IMG/VR virus record: IMGVR_UViG_3300049215_000223
Location: 32,001-96,000 of that record
Length of the DNA: 64,000 nt
Direction: 5' to 3' (one strand)
From: a virus
In this document: positions 8,304 through 17,518 of the stretch, in pieces
Layout: the number at the start of each line of letters is the position of its first letter
How positions within the stretch are numbered: the stretch's first letter is position 1
Made by a program: the position numbers and the translations under genes
The notes under the pieces: model-generated
What the model saw: only the letters and a program-made list of their open reading frames with translations
The model's database searches: none
Told to the model about the DNA's origin: nothing

Positions 8304-8632
8304 GAGAAGTTGATATACGTTCTTATTTTATCGGCAACATTTTGTGGAGTAACACCAATTAAAATATATGGGAATGACACTACAATAATAAGGGTTCCCT
8401 CGGGATCTTCTGGGTAAGCAACTATTCTAGATTCACCACTATCGTACATTAGTTGTAGACTATAAAGATGATTCTTTACCCGTGCATCTAAACAAACAAC
8501 ATTCACGTCGCCATTATAGTGAATTTGATAATGAGCCATACAATCTTCACAATACCACCAATCATCAACTAAATCAGCCTCATCTCTGTCCATGCAGTTT
8601 TTATTGCAAAAACTGCAAATTGGTGTAGTCAT
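8300..8632 (-). CDS. FS-tag Zn-ribbon family protein
   Basis: CSFC..CEDC; ends NVADKIRTYINFS. Confidence 0.85.
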   Translation of the reverse strand: MTTPICSFCNKNCMDRDEADLVDDWWYCEDCMAHYQIHYNGDVNVVCLDARVKNHLYSLQLMYDSGESRIVAYPEDPEGTLIIVVSFPYILIGVTPQNVADKIRTYINFS

Positions 8633-9069
8633 GTGAACACCGTCAGATTCATAAGACGGTTGAATAGTTTCTGCGCTTCTGTGTGCATATCATTGTCAGT
8701 TGAGATTGGTATAAATTTGACGCTAATAATAGGGGATACGAGATTTTTAGCCGTCCAGCTTGAAGGGATCATGTACCCATCCATCGTACTGAACGAAGGG
8801 CTAGCTTTCCCTGTAAGTTGATGTATTCTAGTACATTGTTTGCCTTCCATAGCAAACCAATTATTTTTAACTTTGAAAGGCAGATGGTAATTCCAGCACT
8901 GCCACCTTTCACTCTCACGGACCAAGACTCCCATATGAGGAGTGTACGCTACTTTACGGGCTGGGCAATCAATGTTCCAGCAATGCAAGTCCATGCGTTT
9001 AGTTGTTTCATTAAACTTATTTATCTCACTGCGATTATACATTACTGAGAAACAAGATGGACAGTTCAT
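8629..9069 (-). CDS. FS-tag Zn-ribbon family protein
   Basis: CPSC..CWNIDC; ends KLFNRLMNLTVFT. Confidence 0.8.
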   Translation of the reverse strand: MNCPSCFSVMYNRSEINKFNETTKRMDLHCWNIDCPARKVAYTPHMGVLVRESERWQCWNYHLPFKVKNNWFAMEGKQCTRIHQLTGKASPSFSTMDGYMIPSSWTAKNLVSPIISVKFIPISTDNDMHTEAQKLFNRLMNLTVFT

Positions 9070-9434
9070 AGGAAGACCTTTAGATTCAAAATTCTTCTAA
9101 CCAAATTCTCATAGAAAGAAATGTCATCGGCAACTGGGTAAAATTGATTATCAAGTGTTATGCATTGATTTGCGCTCTGCCCTGGTTGCCATATTTCTGA
9201 ATAAGACCAACCATCATTATAACTAGTGAAATCATAGCTTTTGCCATCTACTACAATATTAATTTCATAGTCATTAATACGCTGGCTAGGATATTCTGCA
9301 AATCCCCAGAATCTAGTATTCTCTCCATCATCTAGACAGTAAGGGTTTTGACATTCCACTTCATAATACCTAGGACCTCCCTTAGGCTCTCGTTCTTTGA
9401 ATGTAAGTGGAGTTAGGCAGACGGGGCAGTTCAT
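9066..9434 (-). CDS. FS-tag Zn-ribbon family protein
   Basis: CPVC..CQNPYC; ends LVRRILNLKVFL. Confidence 0.8.
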   Translation of the reverse strand: MNCPVCLTPLTFKEREPKGGPRYYEVECQNPYCLDDGENTRFWGFAEYPSQRINDYEINIVVDGKSYDFTSYNDGWSYSEIWQPGQSANQCITLDNQFYPVADDISFYENLVRRILNLKVFL

Positions 9435-9775
9435 AGGAAAGTTAGTATAGTTGATAGTTTATGTACGACGTTGGATGGAGTGACGTTGGGAATGGTAGGC
9501 AACTCAAGCACGACTCTTTGAGTAAATTGTGCATCATCTGCTTGTAAAATTTCAGTGATACGACATTCCTGACCAGGATATAACAATTGAACTGAATATC
9601 TATTGTTACTTATTGATACTGCCAAACAAATCATACTTAGTTCTTGAGTCTTAACATCTACAGTATGACGAACCATAACTGGACATTTATGACATTTCCA
9701 AACCTCAAGAAATTGGGACAGATTGTCTTCTAGTTGTGCCAGCTCGCATGGTTGTTGGCAGAAGTGACAGTTCAC
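9431..9775 (-). CDS. FS-tag Zn-ribbon family protein
   Basis: CHFC..CHKC; ends NVVHKLSTILTFL. Confidence 0.85.
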   Translation of the reverse strand: MNCHFCQQPCELAQLEDNLSQFLEVWKCHKCPVMVRHTVDVKTQELSMICLAVSISNNRYSVQLLYPGQECRITEILQADDAQFTQRVVLELPTIPNVTPSNVVHKLSTILTFL

Positions 9776-10173
9776 GAGAACACCAGTAGCATTCTTATTT
9801 TAGCCTCAACATTCTGTGGCGTCATCTCAGGAAAGATATCTCCCTTGTCAGCATCAAACTGCCTAATGCACTGTAAGTCCTTATTGACTTTCTCACCAGG
9901 AATACCGGGATCTCCGATATACCAGAGCGAAGCAATCTTCCTATCAGGAGTGCAGCTCCATCGATACGTCTCTCCATTAATTTTGGTATAGAGATTGATT
10001 CCGCTTATATTTCCGCTTTGATAATGTAGATATTCAGATTGACAATGATGACAAAAATAAACGCTCATACCATATCTACTTACTTCTTCTAATGGAGCAT
10101 ATGGCGCGGGGCGTCCGCAGAACTTACATGGTTTAGGTAAATGATGCTTTTGAAACTGATTATCATCACTCAT
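9772..10173 (-). CDS. FS-tag Zn-ribbon family protein
   Basis: CKFC..CHHC; ends NVEAKIRMLLVFS. Confidence 0.85.
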   Translation of the reverse strand: MSDDNQFQKHHLPKPCKFCGRPAPYAPLEEVSRYGMSVYFCHHCQSEYLHYQSGNISGINLYTKINGETYRWSCTPDRKIASLWYIGDPGIPGEKVNKDLQCIRQFDADKGDIFPEMTPQNVEAKIRMLLVFS

Positions 10174-10556
10174 AGGAATATCATTAATTTTTGAAGTCTG
10201 TCCAATAGATTTTCAGAAGTATCAGCTTTAATCCGAGAGGTTTGTATCACAAACTTCCAGGCATTCATCATGGTCTTGTTTGCATATTGGTCATGAATTT
10301 TATAAACTCTAGATTTTGATTCATTTCCAAAATTATCTATTGCATATGGAAGGACATACATATGCTGGATAGCCGCGCGATTATCCGACTCCACTTCATA
10401 GTGATTGATTTCGTGAACGTTGGTAGCCCCTTGCAACTCAACTTTGGTAGGACAAAAGTATACGTTGACTTTTGCCACCTGACGGTACTGTAATACTTTA
10501 CCGCACAGTGGACAGGTCCTAATTTCAAAATTAATCATAGCTGGGGAGGGCTCCAT
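10170..10556 (-). CDS. FS-tag Zn-ribbon family protein
   Basis: CPLC..FCP; ends LLDRLQKLMIFL; start codon uncertain. Confidence 0.8.
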   Translation of the reverse strand: MEPSPAMINFEIRTCPLCGKVLQYRQVAKVNVYFCPTKVELQGATNVHEINHYEVESDNRAAIQHMYVLPYAIDNFGNESKSRVYKIHDQYANKTMMNAWKFVIQTSRIKADTSENLLDRLQKLMIFL

Positions 10557-10593
10557 CCTATATTGTATGTCTTTTGAGGCGCAGAGTCAAGGA

Positions 10594-10965
10594 TCACGAG
10601 AACACTAAGTACATCTTTATGCGGTTAACAACCTCTTGTGTATCGTGCCAAGGCAAATAGAGTGCCTTCTCCAACGTTATAAGATGTTTTTCAAATTGAT
10701 TGGGTCCTTCTAACCCATCTCTCCAGTCTGTAGTGCAAATTCTTGTTTTCTTGGCATCTTCAGTATCCCACATGGTTATGTCATATGGTCCAACTTCTAG
10801 AGAGAATATCTCTGGATTATTATTATATGGATTAACCCAAACAGAAGCATGACTAATGTTAACCATAATTTCCAAATCTTCTATCCAAGTTTGTTTTTTA
10901 GGGCATTGGAGAATTTCTTTATTGAAAGTAACTTCCATTAAATTATTACAAATAGGACAATTCAT
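10594..10965 (-). CDS. FS-tag Zn-ribbon family protein
   Basis: CPIC..QCP; ends VVNRIKMYLVFS. Confidence 0.85.
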   Translation of the reverse strand: MNCPICNNLMEVTFNKEILQCPKKQTWIEDLEIMVNISHASVWVNPYNNNPEIFSLEVGPYDITMWDTEDAKKTRICTTDWRDGLEGPNQFEKHLITLEKALYLPWHDTQEVVNRIKMYLVFS

Positions 10966-11291
10966 GAGAACAACATTAGGGTATCTAGTTTATCTTCCAT
11001 CAAATCAAGATTCTTAAAATCAGTTTTAAGAACTCTGTCAATTTTAACTGCATCGTATAACAAACAATAATCTAATTTATAAACAATAGTGTGTAAATCA
11101 TCATAGTTTATTCTAACGTAATACTTACCCAACATAAATTCTTGTCTAGATATTGTGGTTGGATAGTTATTATAGATTGCTATAAAGCGAGCCATATCAC
11201 TCACAGCACAGCCTGATGCCGTACACCAATACGCAGTGTCATTTAGGGCTTGATGAGACATCAGCTTTGCAGCGCAGAAGGGACAATTCAT
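10962..11291 (-). CDS. FS-tag Zn-ribbon family protein
   Basis: Start moved to ATG 11291 (ATGA overlap); CPFC..CTASGC; ends MEDKLDTLMLFS. Confidence 0.85.
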   Translation of the reverse strand: MNCPFCAAKLMSHQALNDTAYWCTASGCAVSDMARFIAIYNNYPTTISRQEFMLGKYYVRINYDDLHTIVYKLDYCLLYDAVKIDRVLKTDFKNLDLMEDKLDTLMLFS

Positions 11292-11914
11292 TTCCAAATT
11301 TTGCCAGCGACAATAAGACCAATTGTTCTGTGAGATACTCCGTATTTCTCTCCCAATAATCTGTGAGATTGACCACCATTTTTATAATCTAATCTTATGA
11401 AGTTAACAATTTCATAAGTAAGCTTTGCATTTGGGTTATTTTCACCCTGAACTTTTAGAGCAACTGATTTAGATATCTTTTTGGAAGTTTCGATAGATAT
11501 TGTTTTCCCAAAATTTGCATTATTAGCACCAGAATGTGCGAGAGACATTTTTAATTTAGTATCTTTAGATGCGCATTTGCCACGCTTTATCACAGACATT
11601 TTCTTTTTACTTTCTTCTGAATGTTTGCCGTGTGAACCGCCTTCTTTGATATTATAACCAAATTTATTATTTCTGGTTTCTAAAAGATTTATCCAAAAAA
11701 TCTCAGCAATGTCTACCTCCTCCTGAGTTGTAAAATTTTCGATGGGCACAAACTGAAATTTATCTATTCCATATTTTTGCATTGCTAGATAAATGGGATA
11801 TTTGTATCTAGTTGAATTATACTTGTGCCTGCTCCATCTACCAAATGGATTATCTGTCTGACCGACATATAATTTACCGTTTATAATATTTTTGATTATA
11901 TAAATAAAGTGCAT
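11288..11914 (-). CDS. GIY-YIG homing endonuclease with NUMOD3-like repeats, free-standing
   Basis: FIYIIKNIINGKLYVGQT, RWSRH, EIFWI, GYN; HSEESKKKMS repeats; C-terminal NPNAKLT/HTH. Confidence 0.9.
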   Translation of the reverse strand: MHFIYIIKNIINGKLYVGQTDNPFGRWSRHKYNSTRYKYPIYLAMQKYGIDKFQFVPIENFTTQEEVDIAEIFWINLLETRNNKFGYNIKEGGSHGKHSEESKKKMSVIKRGKCASKDTKLKMSLAHSGANNANFGKTISIETSKKISKSVALKVQGENNPNAKLTYEIVNFIRLDYKNGGQSHRLLGEKYGVSHRTIGLIVAGKIWK

Positions 11915-12279
11915 TAGCTAAAAATTATATAAAGAGATACTACTTCTTTTAATTTGGTTAAATCAGGGAAATCTGGAATTAGCATTTTTGGTATGTCAAT
12001 ATACGATGACTTGCCTTCTTTCATACAATTAATTCTACATTTCTGTAGAACAAAATCTATCTCTAAAAATCTTGAATATTTTGGATTCAAAGATAGCTTC
12101 ATAAAATCTACTTTACCAGTTTCTTCATTAACTTTTAGTTGTAGAGTATGATTCATTCCCCTATTACAGGTACGCTCTTTACAATAGGTTAAAGTTGCTG
12201 AATTTGGTGCTACGGGCTCTAATTTTCTTAAATTACGAAGCTTATTGCCACAGATTGGGCAGGTCAGAGTATCGTCCAT
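11914..12279 (-). CDS. FS-tag Zn-ribbon family protein
   Basis: CPIC..CNRGMNH; ends KLKEVVSLYIIFS. Confidence 0.85.
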   Translation of the reverse strand: MDDTLTCPICGNKLRNLRKLEPVAPNSATLTYCKERTCNRGMNHTLQLKVNEETGKVDFMKLSLNPKYSRFLEIDFVLQKCRINCMKEGKSSYIDIPKMLIPDFPDLTKLKEVVSLYIIFS

Positions 12280-12351
12280 GTATCAGTATATAACCCACGA
12301 AATCGAGTAATAATGTCGCATCCTTACAATAAAAGAAAAGATAAGGAAAAT

Positions 12352-12747
12352 ATGAAATTATTTGACAGAGTTGAATGGTACTACAAACTGGCACAAGAAA
12401 CCACTTCACCACATCAAATACTTAAATCTGTTATTCAGAATATTATTAAAACCGTCGAGTCACGCCCACATGCTTCTGCAGAAGAGAAGGGCGACCTACT
12501 TAAAGTACTTAAAGAAGCTACCAGTAATGGAGAACCTGATGGTAATGTTGATGCTACCTGGTCTGCAAAATTAGCCAAACTAATGGATCAAGTTAATTCA
12601 TTAAGAGGGGATGAAGATCAAAAGGATCAAGATAAAGTGGGACACGATGTGTTTCATACTTTAGAATACGCCTGGAAACATATAGAGAGTTGTGGGCACA
12701 AAGCACACGTGCAAAAGCCAGTAGGAACCAGTAAGTTAGGAAAATAA
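12352..12747 (+). CDS. Hypothetical helical protein with N-terminal ..YYKLAQ motif
   Basis: AAGGA SD before ATG 12352; MKLFDRVEWYYKLAQ. Confidence 0.65.
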   Translation: MKLFDRVEWYYKLAQETTSPHQILKSVIQNIIKTVESRPHASAEEKGDLLKVLKEATSNGEPDGNVDATWSAKLAKLMDQVNSLRGDEDQKDQDKVGHDVFHTLEYAWKHIESCGHKAHVQKPVGTSKLGK

Positions 12748-13125
12748 CGTATAGGTATCTAATTTCTTTTTAAGCAATTCAAGATCATAGAATGGAAGTT
12801 CCAGCAGACTATCTATCTCACATACTGGTTTAGATAATGACATTGGTTCCATATCTGGAGAGTTCTCAAAAATTCCAATCACGTTCTTAAAAATCATTGT
12901 ATAATTACACTTACTACTTATCAAGCTTCTGCGATAGAACAAATTAATATAGTACTCATCAATCCTAAAAGAGTCAGCCAACATATTATTAGAAGCATCA
13001 TACAATCTTCTGTGTAGGGTATTATATTTTGGAAACTGACAGTTTCTACATTCCCTTAATGTGAGCAAATCAGAATTGGTATGACTAGCCCAAACTAATG
13101 GTTGATGGCAAAAAGAGCAGTTCAT
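12736..13125 (-). CDS. FS-tag Zn-ribbon family protein
   Basis: CSFC..CRNC; ends LKKKLDTYTLFS. Confidence 0.85.
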   Translation of the reverse strand: MNCSFCHQPLVWASHTNSDLLTLRECRNCQFPKYNTLHRRLYDASNNMLADSFRIDEYYINLFYRRSLISSKCNYTMIFKNVIGIFENSPDMEPMSLSKPVCEIDSLLELPFYDLELLKKKLDTYTLFS

Positions 13126-13454
13126 GAAAATGTTATGTAAGTTTTTAACTTTTTAATCAAATGTTTATAATCAGAGAAATCAGGTTCAAAATATGGCAAG
13201 TGCTGACCTTCTGTCTTACTAGTATTTCTAATCTCTAGATCTTTAATAAGCGGAGACCATATTACTATTACTCCATGTGTTAATGGAATTGATACCAATG
13301 ATAATTCATCATATGAGTCCATCAGAGAAATATAGTATATTTTGTGATCTAATTTATTGGTACATTCTTTCTGTAAGCAATTACTTTTTTCGGAACCTAA
13401 AAATGAATTGCACAATGGTTCTTTACAGATTGGACAGTTGATTGGCATTTTCAT
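13122..13454 (-). CDS. FS-tag Zn-ribbon family protein
   Basis: CPIC..CTNKLDH; ends LIKKLKTYITFS. Confidence 0.85.
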   Translation of the reverse strand: MKMPINCPICKEPLCNSFLGSEKSNCLQKECTNKLDHKIYYISLMDSYDELSLVSIPLTHGVIVIWSPLIKDLEIRNTSKTEGQHLPYFEPDFSDYKHLIKKLKTYITFS

Positions 13455-13517
13455 GATGAATGGATTCCGTATATTTTTTATACATAAGCATGTATAGATT
13501 CAAGAGAAGTTAAGAAG

Positions 13518-13943
13518 ATGAGTGTAGTTAGAAGTAAATTAGAACATAGAACGATACTAGATTTTAGCAAGGGCAAGTTATCCAAGAATTTAGTTAAGAA
13601 CTCGCTGCGACAAGTGGATGTACTAGATTGTGTGTCAGCTCCTGGAGTTCATAAACTGATTGTCAACAGAATAAAAGTTGGCATGTATATGATTCAATTA
13701 TGGTTTTCAGATAGAGACACTTCTAGAAATAGAAGAAAATTAAAAGAGTATGGGAAGTTCAATATTCATATTTATGAAGAATGCGCTTCTGGAGATTACA
13801 GATTGATTAGATTAAACCGTGATGTTAGATTTAATAACCAGTACTGGGCATCACTTAATAAAAAGTCAGGCTTAATGGCTAACTCTCTCACTGATGCAAT
13901 TGTTCATTGTAATAGACTCAGTCGTTTAAAAGCATTCTTATGA
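13518..13943 (+). CDS. Tagged protein without Zn ribbon (KAFL subtype), paralog of 18199-18741
   Basis: Ends NRLSRLKAFL; shares IKVG, IYEE and RF..xW motifs with 18199-18741. Confidence 0.75.
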   Translation: MSVVRSKLEHRTILDFSKGKLSKNLVKNSLRQVDVLDCVSAPGVHKLIVNRIKVGMYMIQLWFSDRDTSRNRRKLKEYGKFNIHIYEECASGDYRLIRLNRDVRFNNQYWASLNKKSGLMANSLTDAIVHCNRLSRLKAFL

Positions 13944-14591
13944 AAACATATTGTATATTTTTATCTTATTGATTAGCTGCTCTTTATTGTGAGTATTGGT
14001 TAGATTAACGGCAGGAACACTCAAGTCCATGAGGTCCTCTAGTTTCTGTGTAAAATCAGCGCGGAATATTCTAGATGTGCCAGTGGTAAAGTCCGTGTTA
14101 ATATGGAAGAAAGAGTTATCTAAGCTGAACCCAGCAAACTCACGAAACATCCAACAATTGTAAGTACCATCATCATTAATATTCAGTGCAAATGAATAGA
14201 AGCAAATCTTCTTCTTCAAATTATCAATAGAAGAAAAAACAGATGGCGTATGACTCGTTGCTGCCATAGTCATATTGCTGCTACTGAGACTAGGAGCTGG
14301 AGTACTTGGTTTTATAAGTCGAGTGTCTATATCGTAATTGCAAACGGGACAAGTTTTGCACACAATAAATGGTTTGGCATAAATAGACCAAAATCGGTCA
14401 CCAAGTTCATAGGTGCCATCAAACTTGAAGTTAGCATATACTCTACCCTTAGGTTTGTCTTTGAGGCGGATGCGTAGTTCGTCTGGACTAACGGACAAGC
14501 TCATTCCCACTAACTCTGCACTACCAACAATCATTGGTCGTTGACAGATCAGACACTTATTACGATAGTTTAATAGCTCTTGTAAATTCAT
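13938..14591 (-). CDS. FS-tag family, long (double-unit) form
   Basis: LLNYRNKCLIC, second CKTCPVC; ends LINKIKIYNMFS. Confidence 0.85.
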   Translation of the reverse strand: MNLQELLNYRNKCLICQRPMIVGSAELVGMSLSVSPDELRIRLKDKPKGRVYANFKFDGTYELGDRFWSIYAKPFIVCKTCPVCNYDIDTRLIKPSTPAPSLSSSNMTMAATSHTPSVFSSIDNLKKKICFYSFALNINDDGTYNCWMFREFAGFSLDNSFFHINTDFTTGTSRIFRADFTQKLEDLMDLSVPAVNLTNTHNKEQLINKIKIYNMFS

Positions 14592-15202
14592 GAAAATATC
14601 AAGTAAGTTTTCATCTTGGTGAGAAAATGTTCCTTGTTCCTAAACCTATATCGTGGTAGCAACGGAAGTACGATTGAACCAATAGAATCAGCTCCCCAAT
14701 TATTTTCTAGACTATAATCTTTTTTACCATATGTCAAGGCGCTTTTATTTTCTTTAAAACTAGATGCCATCACATACCAATTGATATTATCACTACAAGA
14801 TAATACTTCATTCTCAATAGGGAATGAGTAAATAAATTCTTTAGTTAAATCAAATCGTAAACACTCACTTTTAATATAAGTAAGACAGCTGCAAAAAGAT
14901 TCTATCCAAATATCATTCTCTGTTAAAAATTTTAATAATCTGGGCTCATCATTTGTTTTAAACTTATTGGTCTTATGAAATATTTTAAGTTTGAGAGTCT
15001 TTTTGTAAGTAATTCTTAAATTCATTTCTACATACTCTGGTGTTACCAGAGGAGTTATCTCTACATTTTTTTCTTCATCAGATTTAGATCCTCTTCCTGT
15101 AGTAATTGATTTTCTAGTTACTATTTTAATAGTAACCGCTTCGCCACAACTGAAACAGGGATTATTATAAGTAATAAAATCTTTAACAGTAAATTTTTTC
15201 AT
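14588..15202 (-). CDS. FS-tag family, long (double-unit) form
   Basis: FITYNNPCFSC, second CSC; ends FLTKMKTYLIFS. Confidence 0.85.
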   Translation of the reverse strand: MKKFTVKDFITYNNPCFSCGEAVTIKIVTRKSITTGRGSKSDEEKNVEITPLVTPEYVEMNLRITYKKTLKLKIFHKTNKFKTNDEPRLLKFLTENDIWIESFCSCLTYIKSECLRFDLTKEFIYSFPIENEVLSCSDNINWYVMASSFKENKSALTYGKKDYSLENNWGADSIGSIVLPLLPRYRFRNKEHFLTKMKTYLIFS

Positions 15203-16296
15203 TATTCTAATTTACTCTTTGTATGAAGAAACGAAACAATGAACCCATGTAAGTTCCCATTAAGCACATCATCGGCATCCCTAATCTCATGTTCAGTACG
15301 ATGATCTTTAACAAGTTGATAAGGAGAAAGCGTGTATGTACGCATTTGATTACCAAAAGCATTTTCTGATTGTGATAAGAAGTATTTTTCTTTTTCGGAC
15401 ATTTGCTTCTTCAGTTCTATGTCATACAACTTAGCTTTAAGCATTTTTAGAGCCGTTCGTTTGTTAGCGTGAAAGTCTCTTTCCGTTCTAACGAAGATAT
15501 GTATACCACTAGGAAAATGCTTTAATCTAACTGCCGAACTTACCTTGTTCTGGTTTTGACCTCCAGGTCCACCAGAAGTTTGAGCTGTTATTTCCATATC
15601 TTTATCATTTATCTTTATGTCAATTGTGTCTTCAATGTCAGGCACAACAGCCACAGCGGCAAAAGAGGTATGTCGAGCGTCGCCAGAGTTAAAAGGAGAG
15701 TTACGGATCAGTCTATGAACTCCAGCTTCTCCCTTAAAGAAACCATATGCATAAGGACCATCTATCCTTAGAGATACAGAATCGGTACAGATGCCGCCAT
15801 GCTCTTCAGATGGCTTCATGTCTAATATCTCTAGTTTGAATTTATAACTATCTGCATAGCGAGAATACATACGGAGCAGCATAGTAACCCAATTGGCTGC
15901 CTCCAAGCCTCCTGCGCCTGCGCTGATGGTCAAAATGGCAGGGTTGTTATCTGTAGGATCATTCATCATTTCTTGAAACTCAATTCTGGACAGAATCTCT
16001 TCTACCAAACTGATTTCAGGAATCATAGCCTCTGTTTCTTTAGGCATGGTATTCAGGCACTCTTGAAAGAAAGATACCTGCTCTTTGAGGTATGCCAACT
16101 GCTCTAACAAATCGGATAGCTTCTGCCTTTCCTTCATAAGATCGGCAGCTTCTTTAGGATTGTCCCAAAAGTTAGGGTTGTTGACGAGACTATCTATTTG
16201 TTCCAATCGCAATGTGTGCTGATTGACTGGAACCATTTTTTCCAGGGATTTTATTTTGCCCTGGCAGGATTCAATTAATTGTATTATAGTTTTCAT
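15202..16296 (-). CDS. prfB: Peptide chain release factor 2 (phage-encoded)
   Basis: 364 aa; GEAGVHRLIRNSPF (SPF peptide anticodon), GGPGGQNQNKVSSAVRL (GGQ), WVTMLLRMY, FGNQMRTY. Confidence 0.95.
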   Translation of the reverse strand: MKTIIQLIESCQGKIKSLEKMVPVNQHTLRLEQIDSLVNNPNFWDNPKEAADLMKERQKLSDLLEQLAYLKEQVSFFQECLNTMPKETEAMIPEISLVEEILSRIEFQEMMNDPTDNNPAILTISAGAGGLEAANWVTMLLRMYSRYADSYKFKLEILDMKPSEEHGGICTDSVSLRIDGPYAYGFFKGEAGVHRLIRNSPFNSGDARHTSFAAVAVVPDIEDTIDIKINDKDMEITAQTSGGPGGQNQNKVSSAVRLKHFPSGIHIFVRTERDFHANKRTALKMLKAKLYDIELKKQMSEKEKYFLSQSENAFGNQMRTYTLSPYQLVKDHRTEHEIRDADDVLNGNLHGFIVSFLHTKSKLE

Positions 16297-16916
16297 GAGA
16301 AGGTAACCAAAGTTTTTATGCGTGTAATTATCTTATCTCTACCCATACCCTCTAGATTCATAATCTTTGTTCTAAGGGGTTCGGTGTTCGCATTATCGCG
16401 GAGGTAAATGTTGGTAGAGTTAAAGATCCAGTCATTCTGAACCCAGAGATTGTCTACCACAAAACTCTCCATATATAGTCGAACACTTCTAATTTTCCAA
16501 ACTGAAGGTTCGTTCGGTACTGAGTCACATCTAAAGTTATCGCTAGAGATACAGTAATTTAAACCACATGATCTACTGGGGCAGTATAGCTCAATGTGTG
16601 GTCCCAAATTTTCGAATGTCTCTTGTACCAAAAAGCAATCTAGTATTTCAGTACTGCGATCTTCTTTATTTAAAAGATCGAACTTAACGAGATTAGTTCT
16701 AATGTCTATTTCTACATTAGCCTCTAACTCAAAGCCCGGCGTCGTATGCTTCATGTGAAATTGGAATTTACCATCTTTTTCCTTGGACTTTATAATAGGA
16801 ACATCATTGGAAGAACGGCTGAAATTGATGAATATTATTTCCAATTTGCCACCACAGAAGACGCAACTTTCTTTTATCTTAAAGAAGTCTTCTATGCTGT
16901 CAAAATAACATTTCAT
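16293..16916 (-). CDS. FS-tag family, long (double-unit) form
   Basis: FFKIKESCVFC, second CPSRSC; ends IITRIKTLVTFS. Confidence 0.85.
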   Translation of the reverse strand: MKCYFDSIEDFFKIKESCVFCGGKLEIIFINFSRSSNDVPIIKSKEKDGKFQFHMKHTTPGFELEANVEIDIRTNLVKFDLLNKEDRSTEILDCFLVQETFENLGPHIELYCPSRSCGLNYCISSDNFRCDSVPNEPSVWKIRSVRLYMESFVVDNLWVQNDWIFNSTNIYLRDNANTEPLRTKIMNLEGMGRDKIITRIKTLVTFS

Positions 16917-17518
16917 ACAAAAACTAATAGCCTCTTTATCCTACTCAATGCTTCTTGTGGATTTTTGAGATCCATAGGAATCAATGGAATATATTCGTCA
17001 TTAATGGATCCGTCAACTAAGTGTGCAGTGTAATGAGTTTGTTTGGTTGAATAAATACTAGTGATTTCATACAAGATTCCGTTTTCTTCTAAACTAACTC
17101 TTTCTGAGTTTAATAAAACTTTAGTTAATTTCTTATCAGTTAAATCAATACATATTTGCCAAGTACATGAAAATAAGAAACACTGTTCACATTCTGCTCT
17201 TAGACCCTGATATAAAGTCCCAGAGCGGGGAAGAGGGTTAGGATTAGATGCTATAATTCCCTTAACCCTCCCGCCTGTATACATATGCCGTGTAACTTCC
17301 CTACCGTAAACCTCTATTTTAATTTCGTTGGTATGTGGGTCGATAGTTAAAATATCCTCATTGTTTCCGCCAGACAAGTAAAAAGATATTTTTTGTTTGC
17401 CTCCCTGCCACACAAAATCTTCTACCATAAACTCATTGTTAAAAGTAAGCGTGGAGTCACAGAATGGGCAGTATTTGTGATATTCTAGCGCTTGCTTGAT
17501 GTCAGTGAAAGATATCAT
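16913..17518 (-). CDS. FS-tag family, long (double-unit) form
   Basis: LEYHKYCPFC, second CEQC; ends ALSRIKRLLVFV. Confidence 0.85.
   Translation of the reverse strand: MISFTDIKQALEYHKYCPFCDSTLTFNNEFMVEDFVWQGGKQKISFYLSGGNNEDILTIDPHTNEIKIEVYGREVTRHMYTGGRVKGIIASNPNPLPRSGTLYQGLRAECEQCFLFSCTWQICIDLTDKKLTKVLLNSERVSLEENGILYEITSIYSTKQTHYTAHLVDGSINDEYIPLIPMDLKNPQEALSRIKRLLVFV

Noticed and set aside
13479-13496. Inverted repeat TATACAT-AAGC-ATGTATA in a divergent intergenic gap as an operator
   Set aside because: Single short AT-rich instance; not repeated at other divergent gaps
15202-16296. TAG-to-Gln recoding suggested by the phage RF2
   Set aside because: Long conserved genes (nrdJ, thyA, dnaB, phoH) are intact in the standard code, and TAG terminates the tagged gene at 20253
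3631-17518. Palindromic TTCATGAA/TCATGA at many array junctions as recombination sites (integron-like cassettes)
   Set aside because: Follows automatically from Phe-Ser(TCA)-TGA overlapping ATG-AAx; absent in FL/FA/FT/FV and AGC/TCC/TCT endings; no intergenic attC-like hairpins and no integrase in the window
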